Below, piece after piece: positions 36,898 through 49,349 of a stretch of DNA of 64,000 bases. Every line of letters begins with the position of its first letter. Within the stretch, counting starts at the first letter, position 1. Below the pieces are notes generated by a model that saw only the letters and a program-made list of their open reading frames with translations, was not told the origin of the DNA and ran no database searches. Source of the DNA: an uncultured Planctomycetales bacterium (GTDB taxonomy: Bacteria > Omnitrophota > Gorgyraeia > Zapsychrales > JBDRMG01); NCBI GenBank assembly GCA_964478715.1, contig CAYZIY010000008.1:17704-81703 (forward strand). Reading direction: 5' to 3'. A program made the translations under genes and the position numbers.

Positions 36898-37353
36898 ATG
36901 AAAAAGCAAAAAAGGGAATCTTCACAAGCAAGGATTTGTATCATTGCTTCACGCTTTAACGAATCGATCACTCAGCGTTTGGTGACAGCTTGTGTTGATG
37001 AGCTTGGGAAAAGGGGAATCAAAGAGAAAGAGTTGGCTGTTTTCTGGGTTCCCGGATCGTTTGAGATTCCTCTTTTAGCTTTGAAGCTGGCCCGCAAGAA
37101 GAAAACCAAAGCGGTGATTTGTCTGGGGGCGATTATCAAAGGGGAGACCCTGCACTATGAGCTGGTGGCCCAGGCAACCGCGCAAGGGATTGCTCGCGGG
37201 GCTTTGATGACAGCAAAGCCCTTTATTTTTGAAGTCTTGGCAGCCGATACGCTTGAGCTGGCTCAAAGACGGGCTCAGACCAAAGGGCCCAACAAAGGCC
37301 GGGATGCGGCTTTAGCGGCTCTTGAAATGTTAGATCTTTTAAAAAGAATTTAA
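36898..37353 (+). CDS. ribH: 6,7-dimethyl-8-ribityllumazine synthase
   Basis: SRFN..IT, VPGSFEIP, G.IIKGET.H, NKG. Confidence 0.93.
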   Translation: MKKQKRESSQARICIIASRFNESITQRLVTACVDELGKRGIKEKELAVFWVPGSFEIPLLALKLARKKKTKAVICLGAIIKGETLHYELVAQATAQGIARGALMTAKPFIFEVLAADTLELAQRRAQTKGPNKGRDAALAALEMLDLLKRI

Positions 37354-37362
37354 ATTATCGCC

Positions 37363-37785
37363 ATGCGAAAACGGTCCAAAGCGCGGGAATGGGCGCTGAA
37401 AGTTCTTTATCAGTATGATTTGATTTCACAGTCCGTGGAAATAATTGCGGCCAGTATGTCTGATCGCGACGATGCCCTCGATGCTGAGACCATCGATTTT
37501 GCCCGTCAGCTTGCTAATGGTGTTGAAAAACAATGCGATTCCATCGATCAAATCATCCGTAAATACGCCACGAATTGGGAACTGAAGCGAATGCCCGTCA
37601 TTGACCGTAATATCCTGCGTTTGGGGATTTATGAGCTGTTATATCGTGACGATATCCCGCCAAAAGTCACGATCAATGAAGCGATCGAGCTGGCCAAGAA
37701 ATACGGCGACTACGACAGCGGTAAATTCGTTAACGGTGTTCTGGATAAAGTCCACAAAACAGATTATTTGTCAAAACAAAAGTGA
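37363..37785 (+). CDS. nusB: Transcription antitermination factor NusB
   Basis: [36 protein letters not shown]. Confidence 0.96.
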   Translation: MRKRSKAREWALKVLYQYDLISQSVEIIAASMSDRDDALDAETIDFARQLANGVEKQCDSIDQIIRKYATNWELKRMPVIDRNILRLGIYELLYRDDIPPKVTINEAIELAKKYGDYDSGKFVNGVLDKVHKTDYLSKQK

Positions 37786-38612
37786 CCAAAACAGCCGATC
37801 TCCATGTCCATACTGTTTTTTCCGACGGGACAATGTCTCCTGAAGACATCGTTCGTGAAGCCTTAGCAAAAAAAATCAACTGCATCAGTATCACCGATCA
37901 CGATACGCTTTCCGGAATTCAGCCGACTCAGAAGGCGGCCAAAGAAACCGAACTGGAAATATTGCCGGGAATCGAAATATCCTGCGAGATGAATGAAAAG
38001 GATATCCATATTCTCGGCTATCTGATGGATGATTTGGATAATCTAAACAAGGAAATCCGCAAGATGCGGCAGGTCCGCGTGAGCCGCATCAAAGAAATGA
38101 TCACCAAGCTCAAGGAGCTGGGAATGGATGACTTGCAAGACGAAGAGATTTTTGCTCTTTCTAAGTCTGATTCCTTTGGCCGACCTCATTTAGCTCAATT
38201 GTTGGTGCGCAAAGGGCATGTCGGGTCACTGCAGGAAGCCTTTCACCGCTACCTTGCTGAAGGGCGTCCCGCCTATGTTGAGAAATTCAAGATCACACCC
38301 GCTGAGACCATTCGCTTAATCCGTCAGGCAAGGGGTGTAGCCGTTCTGGCGCATCCTATGGCTACACAAATTGATGACTTGATTCCCAAGCTTGTCAAAA
38401 GCGGTTTACGGGGATTAGAAGTTTATTATCCTAATTGTCCGCCGGCAGTGATTTCCCGTTACCGAAAGATGGCCGAAGATTATAGATTGCTGATAACCGG
38501 CGGTAGTGACGCGCACGGTGAGACCAAAGACAATACTTTTCTAGGAAAAGTCACCGTGCCATATGAATACGTCGAGAAATTGAAAGCCGCAAAGAGAAGG
38601 CTCAGGAAATGA
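37782..38612 (+). CDS. PHP-domain phosphoesterase (TrpH/YciV-like)
   Basis: DLHVHT..SDG, ITDHD, GIEIS, GRPH, LAHP, GGSDAHG. Confidence 0.92.
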   Translation: MTKTADLHVHTVFSDGTMSPEDIVREALAKKINCISITDHDTLSGIQPTQKAAKETELEILPGIEISCEMNEKDIHILGYLMDDLDNLNKEIRKMRQVRVSRIKEMITKLKELGMDDLQDEEIFALSKSDSFGRPHLAQLLVRKGHVGSLQEAFHRYLAEGRPAYVEKFKITPAETIRLIRQARGVAVLAHPMATQIDDLIPKLVKSGLRGLEVYYPNCPPAVISRYRKMAEDYRLLITGGSDAHGETKDNTFLGKVTVPYEYVEKLKAAKRRLRK

Positions 38613-39709
38613 GAGCAGATGATCGCACATACATGGCTTTGGCTATCGTCCAGGCGCTTAAAGCCAAAGGAAAAACTTCGCCCAATCCTTTGGTCGGAGC
38701 TTTGCTCATAAAAGAGGATCGCATTATCGCAGGCGGTTATCACCGGCGTTGTGGGGCCGATCATGCTGAGGCAGTCGTTCTGAAAAAGGCTGGCATTAAG
38801 GCCAAAGGCGGCAAATTGATCGTGACGCTTGAACCCTGCGGCCATTTCGGACGGACTCCGCCTTGTGTGGATATGATTATCCGATCAGGTGTGAAGGAGG
38901 TGGTCATCGGGATGAAAGATCCCAATCCATTGAATAATGGAAAATCCATCAGAAAACTCAAAAGAGCGGGAATAAAAGTCCGAAGCGGAGTCCTTCAGAG
39001 GGATTGCCGGAGAATCAATGAGCCTTTTATCAAATTCATGCAAAAGAAAATGCCGTATGTGGTGGCTAAATGTGCTCAAACAATCGACGGAAAAAGCGCT
39101 TTGGCCTGCGGGCGCTCGCAGTGGATCACTCAGAAAAAGACGCGTGATTTTGCTAAGAAAAAACGCTTAGAATTTGATGCGATTTGCGCTGGGATCAAGA
39201 CCGTTTGTGCGGATAATCCCCGTTTGAATGCACCGATCAGAAGCAAACGAATAAAGAAAGTTATTATCGACTCCACTTTAAAAATTCCTTTGCGGGCGCG
39301 TTTATTCCAGGGCACCAAGCCGCAGGATATTATCATCGCCGCTACTCGGCGCGTAGATAAGCAGAAACTTCAAGCGTTAAGAAAAAAAGGCGTACAAGTT
39401 ATTATTTGCCCTGGAAATGGAAAAGAAGTTCCATTAAAATATATATTTAAGGAACTGGCAAAAAGACAAATTGCGGCACTCTTATTGGAGGGCGGCCCGC
39501 GCCTGATCGGTTCGGCTCTCAAAGAAAATTGCGTCGATGCTTTTCATATTTATGTCGCCATGAAGATTGCCGGAGATCAAGAGGCCTTAAGCAGTATCCG
39601 GGGGTTACAAATCAAAAATATCGGCCAGCTGATTCATCTTAAAGAGGCGGAATGCCAAAGGATCGGGGAGGATCTTTTTATTCAAGGATATGTTCGCAGG
39701 TATTGTTGA
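38609..39709 (+). CDS. ribD: Riboflavin biosynthesis deaminase/reductase
   Basis: PNPLVGA, HAE, TLEPC.H.GRTPPC, LEGG. Confidence 0.95.
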   Translation: MRADDRTYMALAIVQALKAKGKTSPNPLVGALLIKEDRIIAGGYHRRCGADHAEAVVLKKAGIKAKGGKLIVTLEPCGHFGRTPPCVDMIIRSGVKEVVIGMKDPNPLNNGKSIRKLKRAGIKVRSGVLQRDCRRINEPFIKFMQKKMPYVVAKCAQTIDGKSALACGRSQWITQKKTRDFAKKKRLEFDAICAGIKTVCADNPRLNAPIRSKRIKKVIIDSTLKIPLRARLFQGTKPQDIIIAATRRVDKQKLQALRKKGVQVIICPGNGKEVPLKYIFKELAKRQIAALLLEGGPRLIGSALKENCVDAFHIYVAMKIAGDQEALSSIRGLQIKNIGQLIHLKEAECQRIGEDLFIQGYVRRYC

Positions 39710-40280
39710 AGAAACCGGAATCATTACCAAAATTGTCCGAAAAAAAAATCTTTTGACCCTAACGATTCGGGTTCAAAAGGTTTGTGGCGGGACAAAAATA
39801 GGGCACAGTATTGCCGTTGACGGGGTTTGCCTGACAGTTGTCAAGAAAAAAGAGCGTTTGCTGAGCTTTGATGTGATGCTGGAAACGATTCGCAAGACAA
39901 CCTTTCAATTCTATCGGGTGGGAACGCTGGTTAATCTGGAGCGTTCTCTGAAAGCCAACAGCCGGATTGACGGTCATTTTGTTCAGGGGCATGTGGAAGG
40001 TTTAGGGACAATTACGCGGCGGATTACCTTGCCGAATTATGAAAAGTTTTGGATTCGCGTTTCTCGCAAGCTTATGCGTTATATTGTTTCCAAGGGCTCC
40101 GCCTGCGTGGATGGTATCAGCCTGACGGTCGGTGAAGTTAAGGGCAATGAATTCTCGATTTATATCATTCCGCATACTTTGAAAGTGACAAATCTTTCGG
40201 ATAAAAAGACTAAGTCAAAGCTCAATATCGAGACAGATATATTAGCTCGTTATATTTTAGATAAAGGAGTTCGCCGGTGA
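39690..40280 (+). CDS. ribE: Riboflavin synthase (alpha chain)
   Basis: MFAGIVEE, SIAVDGVCLT, VNLERS, GHFVQGHV. Confidence 0.95.
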   Translation: MFAGIVEETGIITKIVRKKNLLTLTIRVQKVCGGTKIGHSIAVDGVCLTVVKKKERLLSFDVMLETIRKTTFQFYRVGTLVNLERSLKANSRIDGHFVQGHVEGLGTITRRITLPNYEKFWIRVSRKLMRYIVSKGSACVDGISLTVGEVKGNEFSIYIIPHTLKVTNLSDKKTKSKLNIETDILARYILDKGVRR

Positions 40281-41521
40281 AAAAACGAGTTGTGATAACC
40301 GGTCTTGGTATTTTAGCCGCAAACGGTAAGGGGCGACGTGAATTTTCCGAGGCTCTTCAAAAAGGAACGATCGGCTATGGACCGGTGACGCTTTTCGATG
40401 CGAGTCGGTTCAATGTCCGGCAGGCAGGTGAAGTCAGCGATTTTGATCCGAAAATTTATATGGGTAAAAAAGGTCTGCGGAATCTGGACCGCAGCACCAA
40501 ACTGCTGGTATCAGCAGCCAAATTATGCATTGACGACAGCCATCTTGTGATTGACGACAGCAATACCGATAATATTGGCGTTTCGGTGGGGACCACATTA
40601 GGAAGCGTCAAGAGTATTAGCGATTTTGACGCTGTCACTCTCAAAGAAGGACCGCGCTACACGAATCCGGCTCTTTTCCCCAATACTGTTATCAATTCTC
40701 CGGCTAGTCAGGTTTCGATTTGGCATTACATCAAGGGTTTTAATACTACCATTTCGACGGGATTCACCGCTAGTACTGATGCGATGAGTTATGCTTATGA
40801 TTTTCTGCAATACGGGCGAGCTCAAATTGTTTTAGCCGGCGGGGTAGAGGAAATGTGCGAACAAACCTTTTTTGGATTTCATGCGTTGAAATTGTTATCG
40901 GGGTGTCAGGAGGGGGATGAATTTATCAATTGCCCCTTTGACCGACGACGTAACGGAGTGACCTTAGGCGAAGGTGCCTGCTTGATGGCGCTGGAAGACT
41001 ATGACTCCGCCCAAAAAAGAGGTGTTGATATCTTGGCTGAAGTTCTGGGCTTTGGATACAGCTTTGATCCTTTCCGGATTCATAAATTTAATCCAAAAGC
41101 TATCGGATTAAAACAGTCCATTCGCAATGCCCTTAAAGATGCTCAGGTGAATGTTGAAGATATCGACTGTATATTTGCCAATGCCAATAGTTCTCCGTTA
41201 GCTGATCGGATTGAATCACTCGCCATCCGGGAAGTCTTTGGAAAAGAGGTCGATCGGATTCCAGTGACGGCCATCAAATCTATGACAGGGGAGGGCTACA
41301 GTGTTTCCGGAGCTCTGGAAGCTGGCGCGGCGATTTGTGCTTTGCGCGAGCAGTTTATTCCACCGACCGTGCATTATCGGGAACCTGATCCGCAGTGCCA
41401 GTTGAAAGAGATCGTGACTGAAACAAGAAAAACGAGTTTACGCCGGGTTTTGCTAATTACGGCTGGACCGAATGGGACAAATTCATGTATTGTTCTGGGG
41501 AGGTTTTTTCAAGATGTTTAA
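40277..41521 (+). CDS. FabF-like ketosynthase lacking the catalytic triad (chain-length-factor-like)
   Basis: KRVVITGLG, PFD..RNG..LGEGA; triad positions read TGFTAS, ANANSS and KSMTGE. Confidence 0.85.
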   Translation: MKKRVVITGLGILAANGKGRREFSEALQKGTIGYGPVTLFDASRFNVRQAGEVSDFDPKIYMGKKGLRNLDRSTKLLVSAAKLCIDDSHLVIDDSNTDNIGVSVGTTLGSVKSISDFDAVTLKEGPRYTNPALFPNTVINSPASQVSIWHYIKGFNTTISTGFTASTDAMSYAYDFLQYGRAQIVLAGGVEEMCEQTFFGFHALKLLSGCQEGDEFINCPFDRRRNGVTLGEGACLMALEDYDSAQKRGVDILAEVLGFGYSFDPFRIHKFNPKAIGLKQSIRNALKDAQVNVEDIDCIFANANSSPLADRIESLAIREVFGKEVDRIPVTAIKSMTGEGYSVSGALEAGAAICALREQFIPPTVHYREPDPQCQLKEIVTETRKTSLRRVLLITAGPNGTNSCIVLGRFFQDV

Positions 41522-42257
41522 AGGCAAGACCGCTATTGTTACCGGGGGATCGCGTGGCATCGGTGAGGCTATTGTCAAAATGTTGGTTGAAGAGGGCTGT
41601 CAGGTCGCTTTGACCTATCATTCCAGCAAAGAAAAGGCCCGTAAACTTTGTGATAACATTAAGAATTCTTCCATCAAAGTGCAGGCTTATCAAGTTGACA
41701 TGAAAGATTTTGAATCTGTGGGCAAGTTTTTCGAAGAGTTTAAAAAGGATTTTTCTTCGCTGGATATTCTCATTAATAATGCCGGGATCATCGAAGATAA
41801 AGCGCTGATGATGATGAGCCATCAGGACTGGCACAATGTCATTGCAACAAATCTCAACGGTGTCTTTTACATGACCCGTCAGTGTATTGTAACCTTTTTA
41901 AAGCAGAAAAAAGGTCAGATTGTCAATATTTCATCGGTGAGTGGTTTGGTGGGAACGGCCCGGCAGACGAATTATTCCGCATCCAAAGGGGGGATTAATG
42001 CTTTCACCAAGGCCCTTGCCAAAGAAGTCGCCGCTTACGGGATTCGGATCAATGCCGTAGCACCTGGGTTTATAGAAACCGATATGCTTAAAGATTTAAG
42101 CGATCAGCAGAAGAGAAATTATTGTTCATCGATTCCCCTGGGGCACTTCGGTCGGCCGAAGAATGTGGCCGATGCCGTAAGATTTTTGTTAAGTGATCAG
42201 GCCCGTTACGTAACCGGTCAGATTCTTATTGTCGATGGAGGACTGGCGATTCGCTGA
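41514..42257 (+). CDS. fabG: 3-oxoacyl-ACP reductase
   Basis: TGGSRGIG, NNAGI, YSASKGG, VAPGFIETDM. Confidence 0.9.
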   Translation: MFKGKTAIVTGGSRGIGEAIVKMLVEEGCQVALTYHSSKEKARKLCDNIKNSSIKVQAYQVDMKDFESVGKFFEEFKKDFSSLDILINNAGIIEDKALMMMSHQDWHNVIATNLNGVFYMTRQCIVTFLKQKKGQIVNISSVSGLVGTARQTNYSASKGGINAFTKALAKEVAAYGIRINAVAPGFIETDMLKDLSDQQKRNYCSSIPLGHFGRPKNVADAVRFLLSDQARYVTGQILIVDGGLAIR

Positions 42258-42277
42258 ATCGAAGAAGGGAGAGACCT

Positions 42278-42718
42278 ATGCAGCTGGAGATTCATCAAAT
42301 CAAAGAAATTATTCCACACCGCTATCCATTTCTGATGATCGATCGGGTGGTTGATCTCATACCCAATGAAAAACTGGTGGCTGTCAAGAATGTTTCCGTT
42401 AATGAACAATATTTTCAGGGGCATTTTCCCGAAGAAAAGGTGATGCCTGGTGTTTTAATGACCGAGGCTATGGCCCAGGCTGGATGTATCTTTTTCTATT
42501 ACTCAAAAGGAGAGCAGGGCAAAAAATATATTTATTATTTGGGAAAAGTAACTGTCAAATTTTTGGCTCCTGTTGTTCCCGGAGATCAGTTGAGGCTTGA
42601 AGTGACACCCCGGAAGCTCTTGCCCAAAACGGGTATCATCGCCACGCAGGCTTTGGTGGGAGATAAGAAAGTCGCCGAAGCCGAGATTGTTTTTAGCGTT
42701 AAGAAAGTTGAAGAATAG
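42278..42718 (+). CDS. fabZ: 3-hydroxyacyl-ACP dehydratase
   Basis: PHRYPFLMIDRV, GHFP...MPGVL..EAMAQ. Confidence 0.92.
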   Translation: MQLEIHQIKEIIPHRYPFLMIDRVVDLIPNEKLVAVKNVSVNEQYFQGHFPEEKVMPGVLMTEAMAQAGCIFFYYSKGEQGKKYIYYLGKVTVKFLAPVVPGDQLRLEVTPRKLLPKTGIIATQALVGDKKVAEAEIVFSVKKVEE

Positions 42719-42927
42719 ATTCTTTAGAAGGCGCCTGCCGCAATCAAGATCTGACAGGCCATGGAATTGACTTCAAGGATTTAAAATGCTAAACTACTCA
42801 ATCCGTTATTGTTAACTTCAGTAATATTGGTATTGTTGCTTTGGCCGGCGAACGGATCCTCGCACCTATTATTTTCATCGGGAATGCGGGGAATCAAAGC
42901 GGATGAGCAGACAGGTGAGTGAAAAAA

Positions 42928-43124
42928 CGGGGCGTAGCGCATTTATCCCGAGCCACACCGAAGGTGTGGCGAGGGAGCTTGGCCCTATTCTTTGAAACTT
43001 TATTCCCTGGCGACTAGAACTGATAAAATGTCGCTCGGGACAAATTCCGCCGGCAAACTTATGTTCACTCGCTTCCTGCCTGCCGGCAGGCAGGCGCTCG
43101 TTCCATAAGTTTGGGCGTCATTTG
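42928..43124 (+). mobile_element. Non-coding mini-element at the tRNA-Pro 5' end, with a duplicated tRNA 5' segment and nested palindromes
   Basis: First 21 nt of the tRNA duplicated at 42928-42941 plus 42977-42983, split by a 35-nt hairpin; perfect palindrome CCTGCCTGCCGGCAGGCAGG at 43075-43094. Confidence 0.65.
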
Positions 43125-43199
43125 CGGGGCGTAGCGCAGCTTGGCTAGCGCGCAACGTTCGGGACGTTGAGGTCAAGGGTTCGAATCCCTTCGCCCCGA
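43125..43199 (+). tRNA. tRNA-Pro (CGG), CCA not encoded
   Basis: Acceptor CGGGGCG/CGCCCCG-A, anticodon arm CAACG-TTCGGGA-CGTTG, T-arm AAGGG-TTCGAAT-CCCTT. Confidence 0.96.
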
Positions 43200-43214
43200 T
43201 TTAAATTTTTACTT

Positions 43215-43484
43215 ATGCAAATGCATGTCCTTTATTCCGGAAGAGTGCAGGGGGTTGGTTTTCGCTTTACGGTTCAGCGGTTAGCGAACCAGCAGGGCTG
43301 TACCGGATGGGTAAAAAATCTGCCCAATGGACAAGTCGAGGCGCTCATTGAAGGCCGCCAGGACGATGTCCGCCAATGCCTGGATCGCATTACCCAACAT
43401 TTTTCCGGAAATATTACAGATCATCAAGCCACAGAAGCAAAACAAGAAAATTCCCATTCGGAATTTGAAATAAGATTTGCCTAA
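43215..43484 (+). CDS. acyP: Acylphosphatase
   Basis: SGRVQGVGFR...GWVKN..NG.VE; start at ATG 43215, after the tRNA. Confidence 0.92.
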   Translation: MQMHVLYSGRVQGVGFRFTVQRLANQQGCTGWVKNLPNGQVEALIEGRQDDVRQCLDRITQHFSGNITDHQATEAKQENSHSEFEIRFA

Positions 43485-43486
43485 TT

Positions 43487-46756
<3,270 letters not shown>

Positions 46757-46760
46757 TTCA

Positions 46761-47648
46761 ATGAAAGAACTGATCGAAGATTTTCTCAATTATCTTTCCG
46801 TTGAGCGGGGCTTGTCCCCCAACACGGTCATGGCTTATGGACGGGATTTAAGAAAATATGCCGGCTATCTGGATCGAGGAGGAATCAGCTCCATCGATGA
46901 TATTGAAAGAGGTCGGATTACAGATTGGATGCACAAGCAAAAAGATGCGGGCCTAACGGCAACGTCGATCAGCCGGTCTCTCTCGGCGATCAAAATGTTT
47001 CATCGGTTTTTGGTCCGCGAACGGCTGGCCAAAAAAGATCCCACTAACTTGCTGGAAACGCCAAAACTCTGGAAGCGGATTCCCGAAGTTCTCACATTAA
47101 GCGAGGTGGAGTCGATGATCAAATCGGCCGGGGGGCGGCGGGCACAGGATATCCGTAATCAGGCCATGATGGAACTTCTTTATGCCAGCGGTATGCGGGT
47201 TTCCGAAATGGTGGATTTAAAAATTGACGGTGTCAACACCGAAGTCGGCTACATCCGCTGCACAGGCAAGGGACGCAAAGAAAGGATTATTCCTATCGGC
47301 AAGCGGGCCAAAGCCGCCTTAATCCGCTATTTCGATCAAGCGCGTCCCAAGCTGGTCAAGAAACAGATGAGTCAGGCGCTTTTTGTCAGTCGTTTAGGGA
47401 AAAAGATCAGCCGTCAGAGTGTCTGGAAAATTATTAAATTCTATGCCCGCAAGGCAAAAATCAAGAAGGTCATTAAGCCCCATACCATCCGTCACTCGTT
47501 TGCTACGCACCTTTTGGAGCGGGGGGCGGATTTACGCAGCGTTCAGGAGATGCTGGGGCATACTGATATTTCCACGACCCAGATTTATACGCATGTCGAT
47601 CGGGAACGGTTAAGATCGATCCATAAGCAGTTTCATCCGCGGGGATAA
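46761..47648 (+). CDS. xerD: Tyrosine recombinase XerD
   Basis: ERGLS.NT..AY.RDL, LYASGMRVSE, GKGRKER, HTIRHSFATHLL, LGH..ISTTQIYTHV. Confidence 0.93.
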   Translation: MKELIEDFLNYLSVERGLSPNTVMAYGRDLRKYAGYLDRGGISSIDDIERGRITDWMHKQKDAGLTATSISRSLSAIKMFHRFLVRERLAKKDPTNLLETPKLWKRIPEVLTLSEVESMIKSAGGRRAQDIRNQAMMELLYASGMRVSEMVDLKIDGVNTEVGYIRCTGKGRKERIIPIGKRAKAALIRYFDQARPKLVKKQMSQALFVSRLGKKISRQSVWKIIKFYARKAKIKKVIKPHTIRHSFATHLLERGADLRSVQEMLGHTDISTTQIYTHVDRERLRSIHKQFHPRG

Positions 47649-47649
47649 A

Positions 47650-48939
47650 ATGATGAACGCTGAAAAATATTTCAAACGTTTAGATCCAAAGATTCTCAAA
47701 GCATTGCAACGAATCGCAAAGGTCATTGAGTCACAGGATTGTCAGGCGTATGTGGTGGGGGGATTTGTTCGTGACCTGTTTCTAAAACGGCCTAACGGTG
47801 ATGTGGATATTGTCATCGAAGCCGATGCCACGCAATTGGCCGCTAAACTTGCCGCGATGTTAAAAGCCAGGCATCAGGTTTATCGGGAATTTCTTACCGC
47901 TACAGTGCATCACTCAACATTGGGACGAATTGATCTGGCTTCGGCGAGAAAGGAAAAGTATCCGCAACCCGGTGTGTTGCCGGTTGTCTCTCTGGGGACG
48001 ATTGACGACGATTTGGCTCGCAGAGATTTTTCTTTCAATGCGATGGCCATCAGCATTACGCCGTCATCCTTTGGGCTGTTAAAAGACAATCACGGGGGGG
48101 TGCGGGATTTAAAAGACGGAAGGATTCGCATTCTGCATAATCGAAGCTTTATAGACGATCCCACCCGGATTCTAAGAGCGGTGCGTTTTGAACAGCGTTT
48201 CGGATTTCGATTGGAGAGAAAAACCTGTGATCTTTTAAAAAAAGCTATCCATCAGCAGGTTTATAAAACGGTAAAGCCCCAGCGGTATTTTGAGGAGTTC
48301 AAAAAGATCCTTAAAGAAAAAGACTGTTGTCGGTGTCTGAAGCGACTGGATCAACTGCGGGCGTTGACGTTTCTCGATAAAGATTTGAAATGGAAAAAAG
48401 CCCATAGCACGCTTTGCCAATCGACTGATCGCAACAAACAATTATTCGAACGATATTGTCAGAAACAGGAGATCTCTAATCGGCCACTGAAACGCTGGTT
48501 AATGATGTTAATGGTATTGATGTATCATTTTCCTTTGAAAAAGATTAGACTGTTGGCTTACAAGTTTGCCTTAAGTCGGGCAGATACAAAGACTCTTTCT
48601 CAAATCAAAAAATTTGATAGACTCAAATCTATTTTATCCCGGTCAGATTGTTCGGCGTTTGAGGTCTATCAAAGTCTCCATGATCTGGATGTTGAAGTCA
48701 TTCTTTTTTTTAAGAGCCTGGCTTCCCAGAAAAGAATGAGAAAAAATATCGGTTATTTTCTTAAAAACATACGCGACATTCGCCTTTCAATCAGCGGAAA
48801 TGATTTGATTCAGATGGGGTGCGCTCCTGGTCGACGCTTGGGGCTAATTCTGAGGCATGTATTGACAAAGAAAATTCAGAATCCCGCAATGTCGCATGCG
48901 CAGGAAATCAAGATGGCCAAAGATTTTATCAAGGAATGA
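47650..48939 (+). CDS. Class II tRNA nucleotidyltransferase (CCA- or A-adding)
   Basis: VGGFVRD...DVD, DLARRDFSFNAMA, SFIDDPTRILRAVRFEQRF. Confidence 0.9.
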   Translation: MMNAEKYFKRLDPKILKALQRIAKVIESQDCQAYVVGGFVRDLFLKRPNGDVDIVIEADATQLAAKLAAMLKARHQVYREFLTATVHHSTLGRIDLASARKEKYPQPGVLPVVSLGTIDDDLARRDFSFNAMAISITPSSFGLLKDNHGGVRDLKDGRIRILHNRSFIDDPTRILRAVRFEQRFGFRLERKTCDLLKKAIHQQVYKTVKPQRYFEEFKKILKEKDCCRCLKRLDQLRALTFLDKDLKWKKAHSTLCQSTDRNKQLFERYCQKQEISNRPLKRWLMMLMVLMYHFPLKKIRLLAYKFALSRADTKTLSQIKKFDRLKSILSRSDCSAFEVYQSLHDLDVEVILFFKSLASQKRMRKNIGYFLKNIRDIRLSISGNDLIQMGCAPGRRLGLILRHVLTKKIQNPAMSHAQEIKMAKDFIKE

Positions 48940-48977
48940 AGTTTCCATCACTAAAGTGAGTGAAGGAAGGATGCCTT

Positions 48978-49349
48978 ATGGATCGGATTAATAAAGTAAG
49001 CAGGCAGATGAAAAAAGAGATTTCCGCCATTATTCAGATGGAAATCAAGGATCCGCGGACTCAGTTTGTGACCGTCACCAAGGTTCAGATCAGTCGCGAT
49101 CTTCAACATGCCAGAATTTTTTACAGTGTGCTGGGAGATGAAACAAAATTTCGGAGAGCGCAAGAGGGGCTGGAGAGCGCTCAGGGCTTCATCCGTCGAC
49201 TGGTGGGGCAGCGCATTAAATTACGCTATACGCCAGAAATTGTTTTTGTTTTTGATGAATCGATTGCCTACAGCGCTCATCTCGATCAGACGATAGAGCA
49301 GATCAAGAAAGATACCGCTTGGCAGAAAAAACAAAAGGAAAATCAATGA
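48978..49349 (+). CDS. rbfA: Ribosome-binding factor A
   Basis: IKDPR, V..S.DL..A, LRYTPE..F..D. Confidence 0.94.
   Translation: MDRINKVSRQMKKEISAIIQMEIKDPRTQFVTVTKVQISRDLQHARIFYSVLGDETKFRRAQEGLESAQGFIRRLVGQRIKLRYTPEIVFVFDESIAYSAHLDQTIEQIKKDTAWQKKQKENQ

Noticed and set aside
42809-42922. Small hydrophobic ORF (LLTSVILVLLLWPANGSS...) upstream of the tRNA
   Set aside because: Only a TTG start with no RBS, lying just downstream of the likely tRNA promoter (TTGACT-17-TAAACT); insufficient support.
42928-43199. Intron-containing or split tRNA
   Set aside because: The downstream copy is already a complete cloverleaf; the upstream piece duplicates it rather than complementing it.
46761-47648. Tyrosine recombinase as the integrase of a prophage or island
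   Set aside because: It has XerD-type motifs and lies in a housekeeping operon (ligA, tRNA nucleotidyltransferase) with no phage genes nearby.
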